From contig OZ024743.1 of the NCBI GenBank assembly GCA_964016885.1, positions 30,628,001-30,692,000 on the forward strand: 64,000 nucleotides of DNA. Reading direction: 5' to 3'. Origin of the DNA: Eledone cirrhosa (lineage: Eukaryota). Each line of letters starts with the position of its first letter. Position 1 is the stretch's first letter. The position numbers were made by a program, and so were the translations under genes. The notes under the pieces are model-generated. The model was not told where the DNA came from. It made no database searches and saw only the letters and a list, made by a program, of their open reading frames with translations. Shown one piece after another: positions 52,269-64,000 of the stretch.

Positions 52269-52847
52269 TATAATATAGATCAGTTTTATAAATAAATATT
52301 GACATACCCTTAAAGAATGCGACCATTTCTGTTGGAAGCTCCCAGATAGTGGGGTTATAAATTTATTTATTCTATTATGCAAATTAGTGTCGGATATGTT
52401 TACATCACAGTAGATTTAAAATAAGCCGTTGTGGTATGGAGAAAGGGAAAGAAAAGAAAGAGAAAAAAAAGAAAAAAGAGAAAAAAGAGCAAACTCTAAG
52501 AGGAAAATAAGAAAACAAGAAAAAGAGAAAGAGCAAGAGGAGAAAAAAAAGGAGCCAAAGAGAAAGAGAAAGCTCTAAGTGATAGGTTGTTGTATTAGCG
52601 TAACTTTTAAGATGAAGTGAAAAAATAAATATTTTGGGGATGAATAAAGAAGAGTAAATAAGCGTGAATAGAAAATAAATAAATAATAACTGGAGAATGT
52701 TAACCGGTGTTTAAATATGATTAAATGTTTAGTTTATCAATAACATTATCAATTAAATTATTGAGATCTATACATTAAAATTGAGATCTATATATTATAA
52801 AAAAATCTATATATTATTAAAATAATATATTCATATATATACTTACG

Positions 52848-52964
<117 letters not shown>

Positions 52965-53401
52965 ATATATATATATACCTACACATACATGCATATACAT
53001 ACATACAATAAAGGACTTTTTATGTTTAAGATATAGGAATTATTCTAAACTTATAGATTTTTCGGAGAAACCGGAGAAAAAACCGGAGAAAATCATTTCT
53101 ATGTAATAGCAAAACAGCATGAAGGAAATTAAGTTATTTAGTTATATTAAACGTTATAAACGTTAAGATAATAAGGGAAATTTAAGATTATACAAACCTT
53201 ATGTTAATTAATACATTTTATAAGTTTTATATCTAATAAATCCACATTTTATGTAGTTGTGACTGTTATTATATAAGTTTGTTTATCATAAACCGGAAGA
53301 AATCCCTTATAACCGAGTGCATTCGAATTGTATGCATACATACATATACACAACCCCCACATAGATACACATACACATATATACACATACCGGTAGACAT
53401 G

Positions 53402-53466
<65 letters not shown>

Positions 53467-53489
53467 TATAGATATAGATAGATAGATAT

Positions 53490-53541
<52 letters not shown>

Positions 53542-53989
53542 ATATAAAGTACATAGTATAATTGAAGTACATAATATATAAAATAAAAATGAATTATATT
53601 ACGATTTGGAAATATATTCTTACAATTATAAGCAATATAACTTTAAAACTATCATTTTCTAATAATATTACAAAATATTTTAAAATATAATTTTAAAATA
53701 AGAATATGTCTGAAAATTTCAGTATAAGAATTTAAATTTTTTTATATATAATATTTAACTCTTAGTATGTTTAACTTAATTTTTATAACCATATGGAAAT
53801 TTTCAAAGAAAAAGAAAGAGAAACTTTCAGAGAAAATAGTTTTCCCTTTTAAGAGCTTTCAGTATTTTTATCTAGAGAAATTTTCTAGGAAAATAATTTT
53901 TAATATTTGAGAGTTTAAGCAGTCAAATGAAGTAATCTAATGATTTATCGATAGGTTAAATATATTAATAGAATTAATTATATATTACA

Positions 53990-54620
53990 TTTTAAATTTA
54001 TATTTAAACGTTGAGTTCAAGCTGTCTGCAGCAACTGAAGAGATTGCTCCTTATGTTCAGGGAATTTTTGCTTTTTAATATCAAGTATATTTCCTCTATA
54101 CAAATATCACAATTTTCTGAAGAGGAGTAGCTTTTGAAATAATATTCAAAAGTAACGAATATTTAACGTTCTTTAATTTAAGGTCCCATAATAAGCGAGA
54201 TGCAGAAGTTGAAGATTTTTTGTTTAAATGCGTAAAATAGCTTTTATGGTTATTAAAACGAGATTTAAAACTGTGGAAGTAGATCCTACATAATTAAGTG
54301 AATTTAAATTAGTTTTTACATTACAATTATATACTATATTTTTAGCTAAGCTATTGTTATTTAACGGACAGTTAGATTTATTTCTACAGTTACGTTTATC
54401 AAATTGGATATTGCTGGGATTATTAGTGGTATTTTGGTTAGGTTTTAAATCTCTATTATTAATTCTATTAATATTCTGCGCTAAATTTTTGGTCGATGAA
54501 TAAGTTAACATTATAGTACGTCTATTAAATATTGAGTAATATCTATGTGTTCTAGGGAAGCATTTGTCAAGAGCTTTAAAGAATAGTTTAGCAATAGGAG
54601 TTTTAATATTTAATGAGAAC
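53990..54620 (-). mobile_element. Decayed Naiad-type PLE GIY-YIG fragment
   Basis: LTYSSTKNLAQNI..NCRNKSNCPLNNNSLAKNIVYNCNV..YVGST. Confidence 0.8.
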
Positions 54621-55615
54621 CATAATATAGAAGTGATTCTAATAAGACTCTGCCAGGTTCTGCGGGTGGACTACACTTACAAAGATCATTGATTTGGAGA
54701 TCTGACTCTTCATGTAGAATGTTCGGTTGTGAAACTCTATGATAGAAGGTAATCATCCTAATATGAACACCTTTAATACTTCTTGATAGACTACACTGTA
54801 ATTTATAGATAAGATACTTAAATTTAGAAATTGTTTATAGCCTTATATGATAGGGACTCATTTGAAACACCATTAATGTACTTTAGGATAATAAATTTAA
54901 CTATAACAATCAGCTAGTTACCTCCCCTTACGCATTAACTCCCCTTAATCACACACACACTTCCGGAATATAATACGATGTCAACTCTCACAACAACCTG
55001 CTCTATAGAATCGAATAGAGAACGACAAGCTGTGATTTCTAACATGGTTCACCAGGCACCCAATGTTGAATCATCGTGGATTGGGTGATGGACATGTAGT
55101 CTATAAATTGCGTTTCCTGGATTGTGAGAGTGGTGATGTTTGCGAGGACAGTGGTGCTGTTTTGCTTCTCATTTGTAATATTTTTCATATTTTTGGTGTT
55201 TCTCTACACACAGGCTTCTATATCGTACAGGTGTGTGTGAAAAATGCTTTACCAGTACAGCCCCCATGATGCTCTTGATTGCCTGCTTTGACTGCTTGTA
55301 CATGTAACAATCTGCCGCACTATAATTTTGTATAAATAGGACACGCGTGCATGCCTCACGTGAGACTGTTGCATACACTGGCTACTCCAAACTTTCCTCT
55401 TGCTTTATCTTCTTAAACTGCCAATGTTTTATTTTAATTTTAATTTTAATTTTAACTTTAATGTTGTCCTTTAATATGACTGTAATTTTGTATGTAAATT
55501 GCCATGCTATATTATTATAATGGATGTCAACCCACTGTGGGTCAATATATACATATGTCTCTATATGTCTCTTGTGTTGAAAAGGAGGTCATGTATGTAA
55601 AAAATCACTAAATAA

Positions 55616-55664
55616 TTGCTCCGAAGACACCAAACCTCGGTTTGGAAGAAACAATTGTAAGCAA
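55616..55664 (+). ncRNA. Type I hammerhead ribozyme, U4C core variant
   Basis: ttgct CCGAAGA ca-ccaaacc tc ggtttgg-aa GAAA caattg TA agcaa, then AATAAA; 3' half resembles the 26070/27235 family. Confidence 0.75.
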
Positions 55665-56617
55665 ATAAATGATTTAAACTGAAATTTGATTCATGTAATT
55701 TCTATATAACTGTTCTGTAAAATAACTGATGTTGTTACATTGAGCTACTTATCTTACTGGTAATACGATAGTAATAAATTACTGTCTTTCATTATAGGGT
55801 TTAACTTATATATAACTATAAAAGGTTTTAGTATATACATAACCATAAATAGTATCCTTAATACTATATATATATATATATATTTTTCATAATATAAGGT
55901 CAAAAGATGGTTAAGAGAGTTCCAAGAATTTATTAATCGCATTTCAAAAACAAATGTCATCATCGGATGATAGATGCGTTGTCATCAGATAAAATAGGGA
56001 TACATGATATGAAGCTTAAAAAACACTTGTGAATAGTGAAGTTTTAAATCAACATATGAAATATAATTTAAGATTGATGTATGAGATTGAGAACAAGTTA
56101 GAGGAGTTGGAAAAGGTAGGGAACAGGAGGAGATGAGAGTAAAGAATGGGGGGGAGGAGTATAAGAAGGAAGGAGGAGAGAGGAGGAGAGATGGGTGATA
56201 GAGAGAGAGAGAGAGATAGCCTTTACAACTGAGAAAAATATATATATTGTCTCCCAGAGAGAAGTTAAAAAGTTGTTGGAAGATAATAGATAATTTTAAA
56301 GAATTTGAAATTAAAAGTTAATGAGGTTTATGCATGAAGAGAAAAAGGAATTATAATAATGTTAAATTAAGGTTTGTATATTGAAGGGTTTAATAATATG
56401 TGCGAGGAAAAGAAACTCTTTTAACCATCTTTTGATTTTATATTATTTATACTCCAGTCCTACAAACTGCAGAGTGCTACTTATTCGATATTTGCATTGC
56501 TTTATAAAACTCAATAAAACTCACCTCGTACATAGATTTTTATAAATATATATATATATTTAGTGTTTTTTTGTGCATTTGCTTACCACGTGCGTTTGGT
56601 CATTTATTATTATTATG

Positions 56618-56667
<50 letters not shown>

Positions 56668-57470
56668 AGCTGCATTTATCTTGCTTTATGTTCATACGAG
56701 TTATCACCAAGTTACAACCAGTGACCTCAAGAGACAACAAGGTCCGCCATGTTCAAGAAAGAACATACATACTCACACGTGCATCTTTATTGTTTAGACT
56801 TGTGATGTACTTATATTGACAGAATCTTCCTTAGTATATGGGCAGTTCCCATTAGGACTATCTTTTGTATTTCTCCTATACGCGGCTTTCCTGGGATTTG
56901 CGATAAGTAATCATTAGACCCCTTAAGTATCATTCCTAGAGCGCCTACAACCACTGGTATTGTTTTAGTTCTCAATTTCCACATTTTCCAATTTCTATCT
57001 CCAGGTCCTTATACTTGCTCAATTTTTCAAATGTTTTTATAGATACATTCTTGTCTAGTGGAACGGACATATCAATTAGCAGGCATATCCTCTTTTTAAA
57101 GTCCTTCAATATTATATCAGGTCTATTTGCATCTATTTTTCGGTCTGTTTGGGTGCTAAAGTTCCACAAGATTGAGATGTGATCTTTTTCAAGTATGGGA
57201 GGTGGTTGATGCTCCCACCAATTCTTTTGATGGGGCAGGTCAAAATGCTTACACATTATCCAATGTATGTATTGTGCAGCTCAGTCATGCCTGTTTAGGT
57301 ATTCGGTTGGAGCTATAGGACTGCACATTGAAAATATATGGTCAATGGTCTCTGGTTGTTTTTTACATACACGGCATAATGGACTGCATCCATTTTTTAT
57401 TATGTTGGCTTGGTAATTTTTTGTTGGCAGACACTGATCTGTGCTGATATAATCAGTCCTTCAGTCTCCG
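56668..57470 (-). mobile_element. Dong/R4-clade LINE 3' fragment (second family) between (TAA)n tracts
   Basis: ETEGLII, CRVC..ETIDHI..C, ILWNF..QTDRKIDANRPDI..LIDMSVPLD..EKLSKYKDL, IPVVVGALG. Confidence 0.88.
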
Positions 57471-57506
<36 letters not shown>

Positions 57507-57516
57507 GTTGTTATTA

Positions 57517-60500
57517 CTCTTTGAGTCTCAGTCATTAATGTTAGTTAACTGGAAAGTTTGTTGAGATGAATATCAAGCCACTACCTGCAGCCTCAGATAT
57601 TCAGGACGTATCGGAGGCTTCTTGCTATTCCCAGCAAGCATGCCTTTTGAAGCGTTCCAAGAAGCGTGAAAAGGCCAATTTTCTTTAACTATCCCTGGAA
57701 ACTTTTGGAGATAGTCCCTAGTGCGCCTATGACAATCGGGATCACTTTGACTTCATGGCAGTTCCAAATCCATTTTACCTCCCACTTTATGTCCTGGTAT
57801 CGGTTAATTTTCTCCCTCTCCTTCTCTTGCACTCTCGTGTCGAATGGGCAGGCCACATCCACAATCAGGCGCAATCTTTTTTCTTTGTCCACAACCACCA
57901 GGTCAGGTCTATTGTGTTCCCGTTTCTTGTCCGTCTGTATCCTAAAATCCCACAGCACCTTCACCTGATCGTTTTCTATCACCGCCTGGTAAATCGTTTA
58001 CTTTGCATAGGTGCCAGTGGATCACCCTGCCCATCACATCAAGTCTCCAGCCCTTATAGTCTGGGCTAGGTGTTTACACTCGGATACAATGTGAGCCAAA
58101 GTCTTCTCTCTCTCTCCACAGATCCTGCACAGTGGGCTAGCCTCCTCATTGTAAATGTGGTGTTTCAACCAGTTCCATGTCTGTGGATCTCTAAATTCAG
58201 TTTTCTCAAAGAAGGTAGTATGAAGGGATTTTTCCTGAAGGCTGCTCTTTCTCCTTGATGTTATTTCCTCCTTGGACATCCTCTGGCCTATTGTCCCCTC
58301 CTTCAGTACAGTTCTGAGCATTGGCTCCTTACTATCAGTCACGTATTTGTGTAGGTTGTTTCTCTCCATCTGAACACAGTCCTCTATGCTGATAAGACCT
58401 CTTCCACCCTCAGATCCCATTAAGTAGAGTCTATGGACATCACTCCTCTTGTGGAACATGTTGTAGATAGTCAATAGCTTCCTAGTCTTCCTATCCATTT
58501 CTTTTTGTTCAGCAACATTCCATCTCAGAATTCCCGCACTGTACCTAATAATAGACACAGCTCGGGAATTTACTGCACTTATGGCATTCCTACTGATGTG
58601 ACTTTAATACGCTCCTTACTCTCCGAAGGTATTCAGTTCTTATCAATTCCTTCATTTTTTTTTACCTTGATGTCATCAGCCTCCAGAACGCCCAAATACT
58701 TGTATCCTTCCTCAGAGTCAATTTCTTTTATCATCTCACCTGTTGGTATCTGGATTCCGTTTCTTCTGCTCAACTTACCCCCTCCTCATCACAATGACTC
58801 CACACTTACAAATACCAAATTGCATACATATATCATTGCTGAAAATACGGACAGTGTCAACAAGCACATCCAACTCCTTCTCACTCTTCCCGAAGAGCTT
58901 AAGATCTTCCATGAAGAGGAGGTGATTGATGGTAAGCCCTCCCTTTCCAAACCTGTATCCTGCTCTCACTTTTGCAGTACACTGGTCAGGGGCATCAGGT
59001 CAAGGACAAACAACAGAGGGGACAGAATATCTCCCTGAAGATACCTCTCTTGATCTTCACGCCCCCAGGATTCTCCAGTTGATGTTAACTCTGTTTCCCA
59101 GGACTTCATACTTTTGCCCAACAACTGTCTGATGTTATCTGCCACCCTGAATATCTCCAGGCTTTTGGTGATCCAAGAATGAGGCACCATGTCAAATGCC
59201 TTTTTGTAGTCTATTCATCACATGGCAAGACCAGTGTGTCTCCTCTTGCAATTCCTCATTACCATCTTATCAATAAGTAACTGGTCCTTTGTACCACGTG
59301 ACTTCTTTCGGCATCCTTTCTGTTCGTCCGGTAACAAGTTGTTTTTGTGGAGGTGTTGGTAGATTTCCTCAGACATAATGCTTGTCAACAGTTTCCACAT
59401 TACGAACAGACATGTGATAGGTCTATAGTTGGTAACATCATTACCCTTGATTCGGTCTTTCATTATCAGAACTGTGGTACCTCTTGGCAACCACTCTAGT
59501 ACCTCACCTGAGATCAAGCAGTCATTGAACATGGTTGTCAGTTTCGGGTGGGGGGATGTTATGTTTTTAATCCAATACCCATGCACACCATCTGGGCCAG
59601 GTGATTTCCAGTTTTTTAGTTTTTTGGCCTGCCCCTTAAGAGTTTCAACTGTGATACTCAAATCAGTTTGTTGGTGTGCCTGTTCACTGATCTCCTTCTG
59701 TACTGTCTCAATACACACTGCCTGGTCATTATGTCTAACATCCTGCTCCCATATTCCTCTCCAGAATGTTTTAGTTTGTTCCACCTCAGGGATCAAGTCG
59801 TTGCCTCTTTCTTTCCCTTCTAGCTGTCCAAACAGCATCTTCTGGTTGTTGTCAAAATGCGGTTCTGTCTATACTGGCTGACTCTGTTCTCGTATCCCCT
59901 GATTTTTGCACTCTTTGCTACAATGCGTTACTTCACTTCCTCTATGATAATATATAGCTTTTTACTCCTAGTGTTGTACTTTATTTCCAGTCTAATTTTA
60001 GTGTCTATGTTTGTCAGTGTCCCATTCAGTAGGGACTCAAGCTTTCCAATGTGATTTGTCATTTCCCTGATTTGACCACTCAGTCGTTTCTTCCACCAAG
60101 GCTCTGCACTTTCTTGTCTGTTGTTTCCTCTCGCTTTTATACCAAGTAGTTTCCTCACCGTATTTGCTGTTGCTTTGAGAATATTGTTGCACTGGTGAAG
60201 GCTCCTCGCCTCAAGGTATGGGATGACTTTGTTTACCTTAGCTGTTGTTTCTTTTAACTTTTTCCTGTCTACAAATCTTAGGTTCATAGGTCTCCCACTA
60301 TCATTGTTCAATTCATCTACCACTAAGTTTAGGCTATCTACCAAATCTTTTCCTAGCCCGTCAGCATTCATCTCCTCAGTGGCCGTATCTCTGTTCCAGG
60401 TATTATTTATCTCAGCATTCAGATCATTGTCTGTTTCGCGTGGTTCCTCCGTTCTCTCGACCTCTTCACCTTCATTTCCCACTGGCTCTTTTGCCTGGCA

Positions 60501-61070
60501 TACTCCACCTTCCATCTCCAAGCTAATCTCTCTGCTCAGTTCCTCCAGTTCCAGCTCGCTTATCCACCCATTAGTTCTTATTACCCGAGCCTGCCCGGCC
60601 AGTTTTTGTTCATCTAATTTAAATGGACCAATCTCGTTCCAGATGTTATGCATCCTTTTCCTATAGCCTTTCTCCTTGGGGTTACTCTTCAGGTAACATT
60701 GCATAACATTTCTATTCAATTCTTTCGTCCAGTTGGTTCTGGTCCCTTTCCTTCTTCTTCTTCCTCCGACACCAGCAGTATTTGGTTGACTGCCAGGTCC
60801 CTGCTGCTGAGCCAGGGGCCACCTGTTGGGTGAGAGTCTGTCACATGACGTTCTAGTCTCCATTTCACCATTATTCGAACTGTTTAGGTTCGATATTTAA
60901 ACACTCTTATCGAGGATTGGCGAATGTATGGTTACATAGCCATCTGTGGATTCAGCGTCGCCGGTGTTTGCGCCGCTCCACTTGGCACTTGTGTGGCATT
61001 ATCACCACGCTGTAGACGAACACAAATAAACAAACAAACACACTGGCCGAAAAGACCCCAAAAATGAATA
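57517..61070 (-). mobile_element. Near full-length Dong/R4-clade LINE (RT + CCHC + RLE), degraded; 5' limit approximate
   Basis: N-terminal W..E.N..VM.CY..S.P..GYRKRM..EQKLAGQAR; RT YRPITCL, EQKGC, GTKDQLLIDK, KAFDMVPH, QGDILSPLLF, HLLFMEDLKLF; CRICG..HIVSEC; RPDLVVVD..IVDVACP..E.EKINRY; (TAA)n at the 3' end; several stops and frameshifts. Confidence 0.92.
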
Positions 61071-61916
61071 AGCATAAGTTTCATTGTAATGTAGTGTTCG
61101 AATGTCTGACTTAGTTTTTCCACCTCTTCTCTGTCCGTCCGCTTGTTTCTCTCTTCATTCTTATTTTCTTTACGTTTTTTTTTTGTTTTTTTGTTTGTTT
61201 TTCTCTGTTTGTTTTTCTCGTTTTTTGCTGTTGTTTCTGTGCTGCTTTGGTTTTGTTGTATGTTTTTTCTTTTTTCTTTTGAGTCTATCTATATATTTTT
61301 TAGTAGTAGGAATTCTTTAATGTGGAGGCACCAGCTAGCAGGGAGCAGTGGGAGACAGTAGCGGCGGTAGCAATACTGAGACAGTGGTGGTGGTGATGTC
61401 GATACCGAGGCAGTGGTGGTGGTGATGTGATCGTATTACTGTAGTGATGGTGTTGTAGCGGAGGTAGCAATGAAGGAGTGGTGGCGGCGGTGATGGGATA
61501 GTGGGGGTAATGATGGCAGTAGTGAGTGGTGGTGGCTAAATTGCCGTTATCTGGCTGTTGTGTTTAGTGTACACAGAGAGGTGATGGGGTAGGTGGTGTA
61601 TCTAGTTTCTGGTGTTGGTGAGATTGGTGTTGTGTGGCTGTTCTATATAGTGTAGACAGAGGAGGGGGGGGTTCTTCTTCCATTTATATCCATTTTCTTT
61701 TTTGACTATACAATGTACAATACAAAGTTGAATATTTGAATATTTGAGCCTTATAACAATATATTTTGGGTCCGAATTTTTTGGGGCTCAAGCCGTAGGC
61801 TTTACGTAGCAATTGTGCTAAGAGTTGTTATTTCACAAATGATTTAAATATGTTAAAAATTCAAAACTTACGGGAGCGATTTCATGACCTTCCACCACCT
61901 CGAGCGTCTTCTTCCC

Positions 61917-61978
<62 letters not shown>

Positions 61979-61984
61979 GTTGTT

Positions 61985-62470
61985 ATTCCTTGAATCTCAG
62001 TCATTGATGTTGGTTAACTGGAAAGTCCGTTGGAATGAATATCAAGCCACTACCTGCAGCCTCAGATATTCAGGACGTATCGGAGGGTTCTTGCTGTTCC
62101 CAGCAAGCATGCCTTTGAAGCGTTCCAAAAAGCGTGAAGGGGCCGATTTTCTTTAACCATCCCCGGAAACTTTTGGAGATAGTCCCCAGTGCGCCTATGA
62201 CAATCGGGATCACTTTGACTTCATGGCAGTTCCAAATCCTTTTCACCTCCCACTTTAAGTCCTGGTATCATTTGATTTTGTCCCTCTCCTTCTCTTGCAC
62301 TCTCGTGTCGAATAGGCAGGCCACATCCACAATCAGGCACGATCTTTTTTCTTTGTCCACAACCACCAGGTCAGGTCTATTGTGTTCCAGTTTCTTGTCC
62401 ATCTGTATCCTAAAATTGCACAGCACATTCACCTGATCGTTTTCTATCACCGCCTCCGGCTTATGCTCAT
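61985..62470 (-). mobile_element. 5'-truncated copy of the same Dong family, bounded by (TAA)n
   Basis: Closely matches 57520-57985. Confidence 0.9.
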
Positions 62471-63249
62471 TATTATTATTATTATTATTATTATTGGCGA
62501 CTTATGTAGTAAATCGTATCATCGTGAGCTCCGCAAAGGTTTGTTATTTTCAGTTGTTTAAAATTGCCCTTCATGGAAAATGTTATTGTTAACTCTATAT
62601 AAGTGCACATACAATGTTATCTGAAAAGTACACCCAAAAAGATTGGGGCCTTGAGCCCAAAATTTAAACTTTTATAATTATCAAACAAACATTTTTTTTG
62701 AAAAATCATGGCTGACTCAGAGTCACTACTTTCTCACAAACTAACACCTCACACCGACATATCCATTGTAAATATTACTACGTTTGCCAAGACTAAAAAT
62801 ATATGCAGTAGCAATATTTTAAATTTGTCTCAGGCAGACATTCATTTCCCGCCATTACCAATGACTGCAGGTGTTAAAGACGCCACCACCACCAACACTG
62901 CGACAACCACCACCCCCACCACCACCGCGACAACAGAAACAAAAGAAACAAATTAATTAACTCGTGATATCGAAATGAATTCAGCCAATATGAACTCTTC
63001 CACACCGAACACCACTGACGCCACCGCCACCACACCTGAAACTGAAATTAAAAAATAACAAAAATAACGATAACAAGAACAGCAACAATGTCAATAAGAA
63101 CGCCACCCTGAGTTTTGCCAGAGTAGCAAAAAATGCGAAGCATTTCAGGTAACTCAGGAGGAATTAGAAGAAGCCAAAATAATTGTAAAGAAAGATGGGT
63201 ACAGGGTTAACCCCCCCCCTACACCTAATAAGATGGAGCAACATCGCCT

Positions 63250-63813
63250 ATGCACCGTGTCTTATCGGACAATCAACATAAAATCGCGCCGAGTGGAACG
63301 GGCATACGTGTCCCAAATCCAAAAAAGCTTTGGGACATGTGTGGGCAAAAAAAACCCACATCGGACGTCGGCAGAAGTATGGAACCGTGGACCTGTTCTT
63401 TGAAACACCAGAGGAGGCTAGAGAACACTCCATGGCCCACACTCGTCCCAAGCTATTGTGGCCAGAGGCTCGTAAAGTTCAGGGTCACCCACGTTCCACC
63501 GGCCATCGCAATTCCCTGGCTAATAGCTGCTGTCCTCGCCGGCATCGAGACCAACACCAAGATAATCGAAATAGCGAAAGAAAAGCAGGAGAACTGGTCC
63601 GGATCGGGGATGGAGCTCCTGATCCAAGCGGACCAAAAAAGCATTGAGGAGATCCCAGAGGTAATCGACCTCACTAACGGCAGCCATCTCACCGTAATAG
63701 TCGAGGGCAGAAGGCCTAGGTTCGTCGATTGTGGTGAAGGAACCCACCTAAGGGCTTTCTACACTCAGGATAAAAGTGTGAAGCCACCTCTCCTACCCAC
63801 CCCAGTGACCTAA
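63250..63813 (+). pseudogene. Decayed gag-like ORF1 of a non-LTR retroelement (RRM-like + degenerate zinc knuckle)
   Basis: KYGTVDLFFETPEEA (frame of 63330), RVTHVPP, VIVEGRRPRFVDCGEGTHLRAF resembling C-x2-C-x4-H-x4-C; Thr/Pro-rich flanks; element probably starts near 62495. Confidence 0.5.
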
Positions 63814-64000
63814 CCACCAACACCACCAGAACAGGAGAGGCAGCAACAACCTCAGCAACAGTAGCAAAACCAACACCACCACCACACAACGCTTCAGAAC
63901 TAGCACCAGCGCCTACACCATCCACCACGCCACAACCAAAACTAACGCCTGTGGAGGATTTTCTCCACCCCGGCCTACCACAACTGGAAACAGATTGTGA

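Noticed and set aside
57666-60833. Plus-strand ORFs over Dong (and minus-strand ORFs over the RTE and PLEs)
   Set aside because: Antisense shadows of retroelement coding frames
60940-61070. HDV-like ribozyme in the Dong 5' UTR
   Set aside because: gtgga/tccac hairpin only; no P3/L3/P1.1 pattern

Overview
AT-rich, microsatellite-saturated animal (most likely octopod cephalopod; inferred from Nin-domain SINEs and (TA)n density) intergenic or intronic DNA. No host protein-coding gene can be supported. The window is a cluster of retroelements: at least 9 Penelope-like element (PLE) bodies or fragments (one Neptune-type, four Naiad-type, four short GIY-YIG C-termini), a near-complete RTE LINE, Dong/R4 LINEs stacked in (TAA)n tracts, Nin-SINEs and DNA-transposon relics. 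The main signal is about 30 type I hammerhead-ribozyme (HHR) motifs on both strands, read by eye, of which roughly half have intact cores. They belong to more than 10 apparently unrelated repeat families. They include ORF-less tandem HHR units (483 bp and 195 bp; retrozyme/circRNA-like), inverted repeats with an HHR on each strand, self-complementary helix III (dimer-type), very long helix II insertions, and core variants (compensatory U3-A8, family-level U4A and U4C). Many short pseudo-LTR (pLTR) remnants are fold-back palindromes embedded in (TA)n. All folding was done manually and ribozyme activity is untested.
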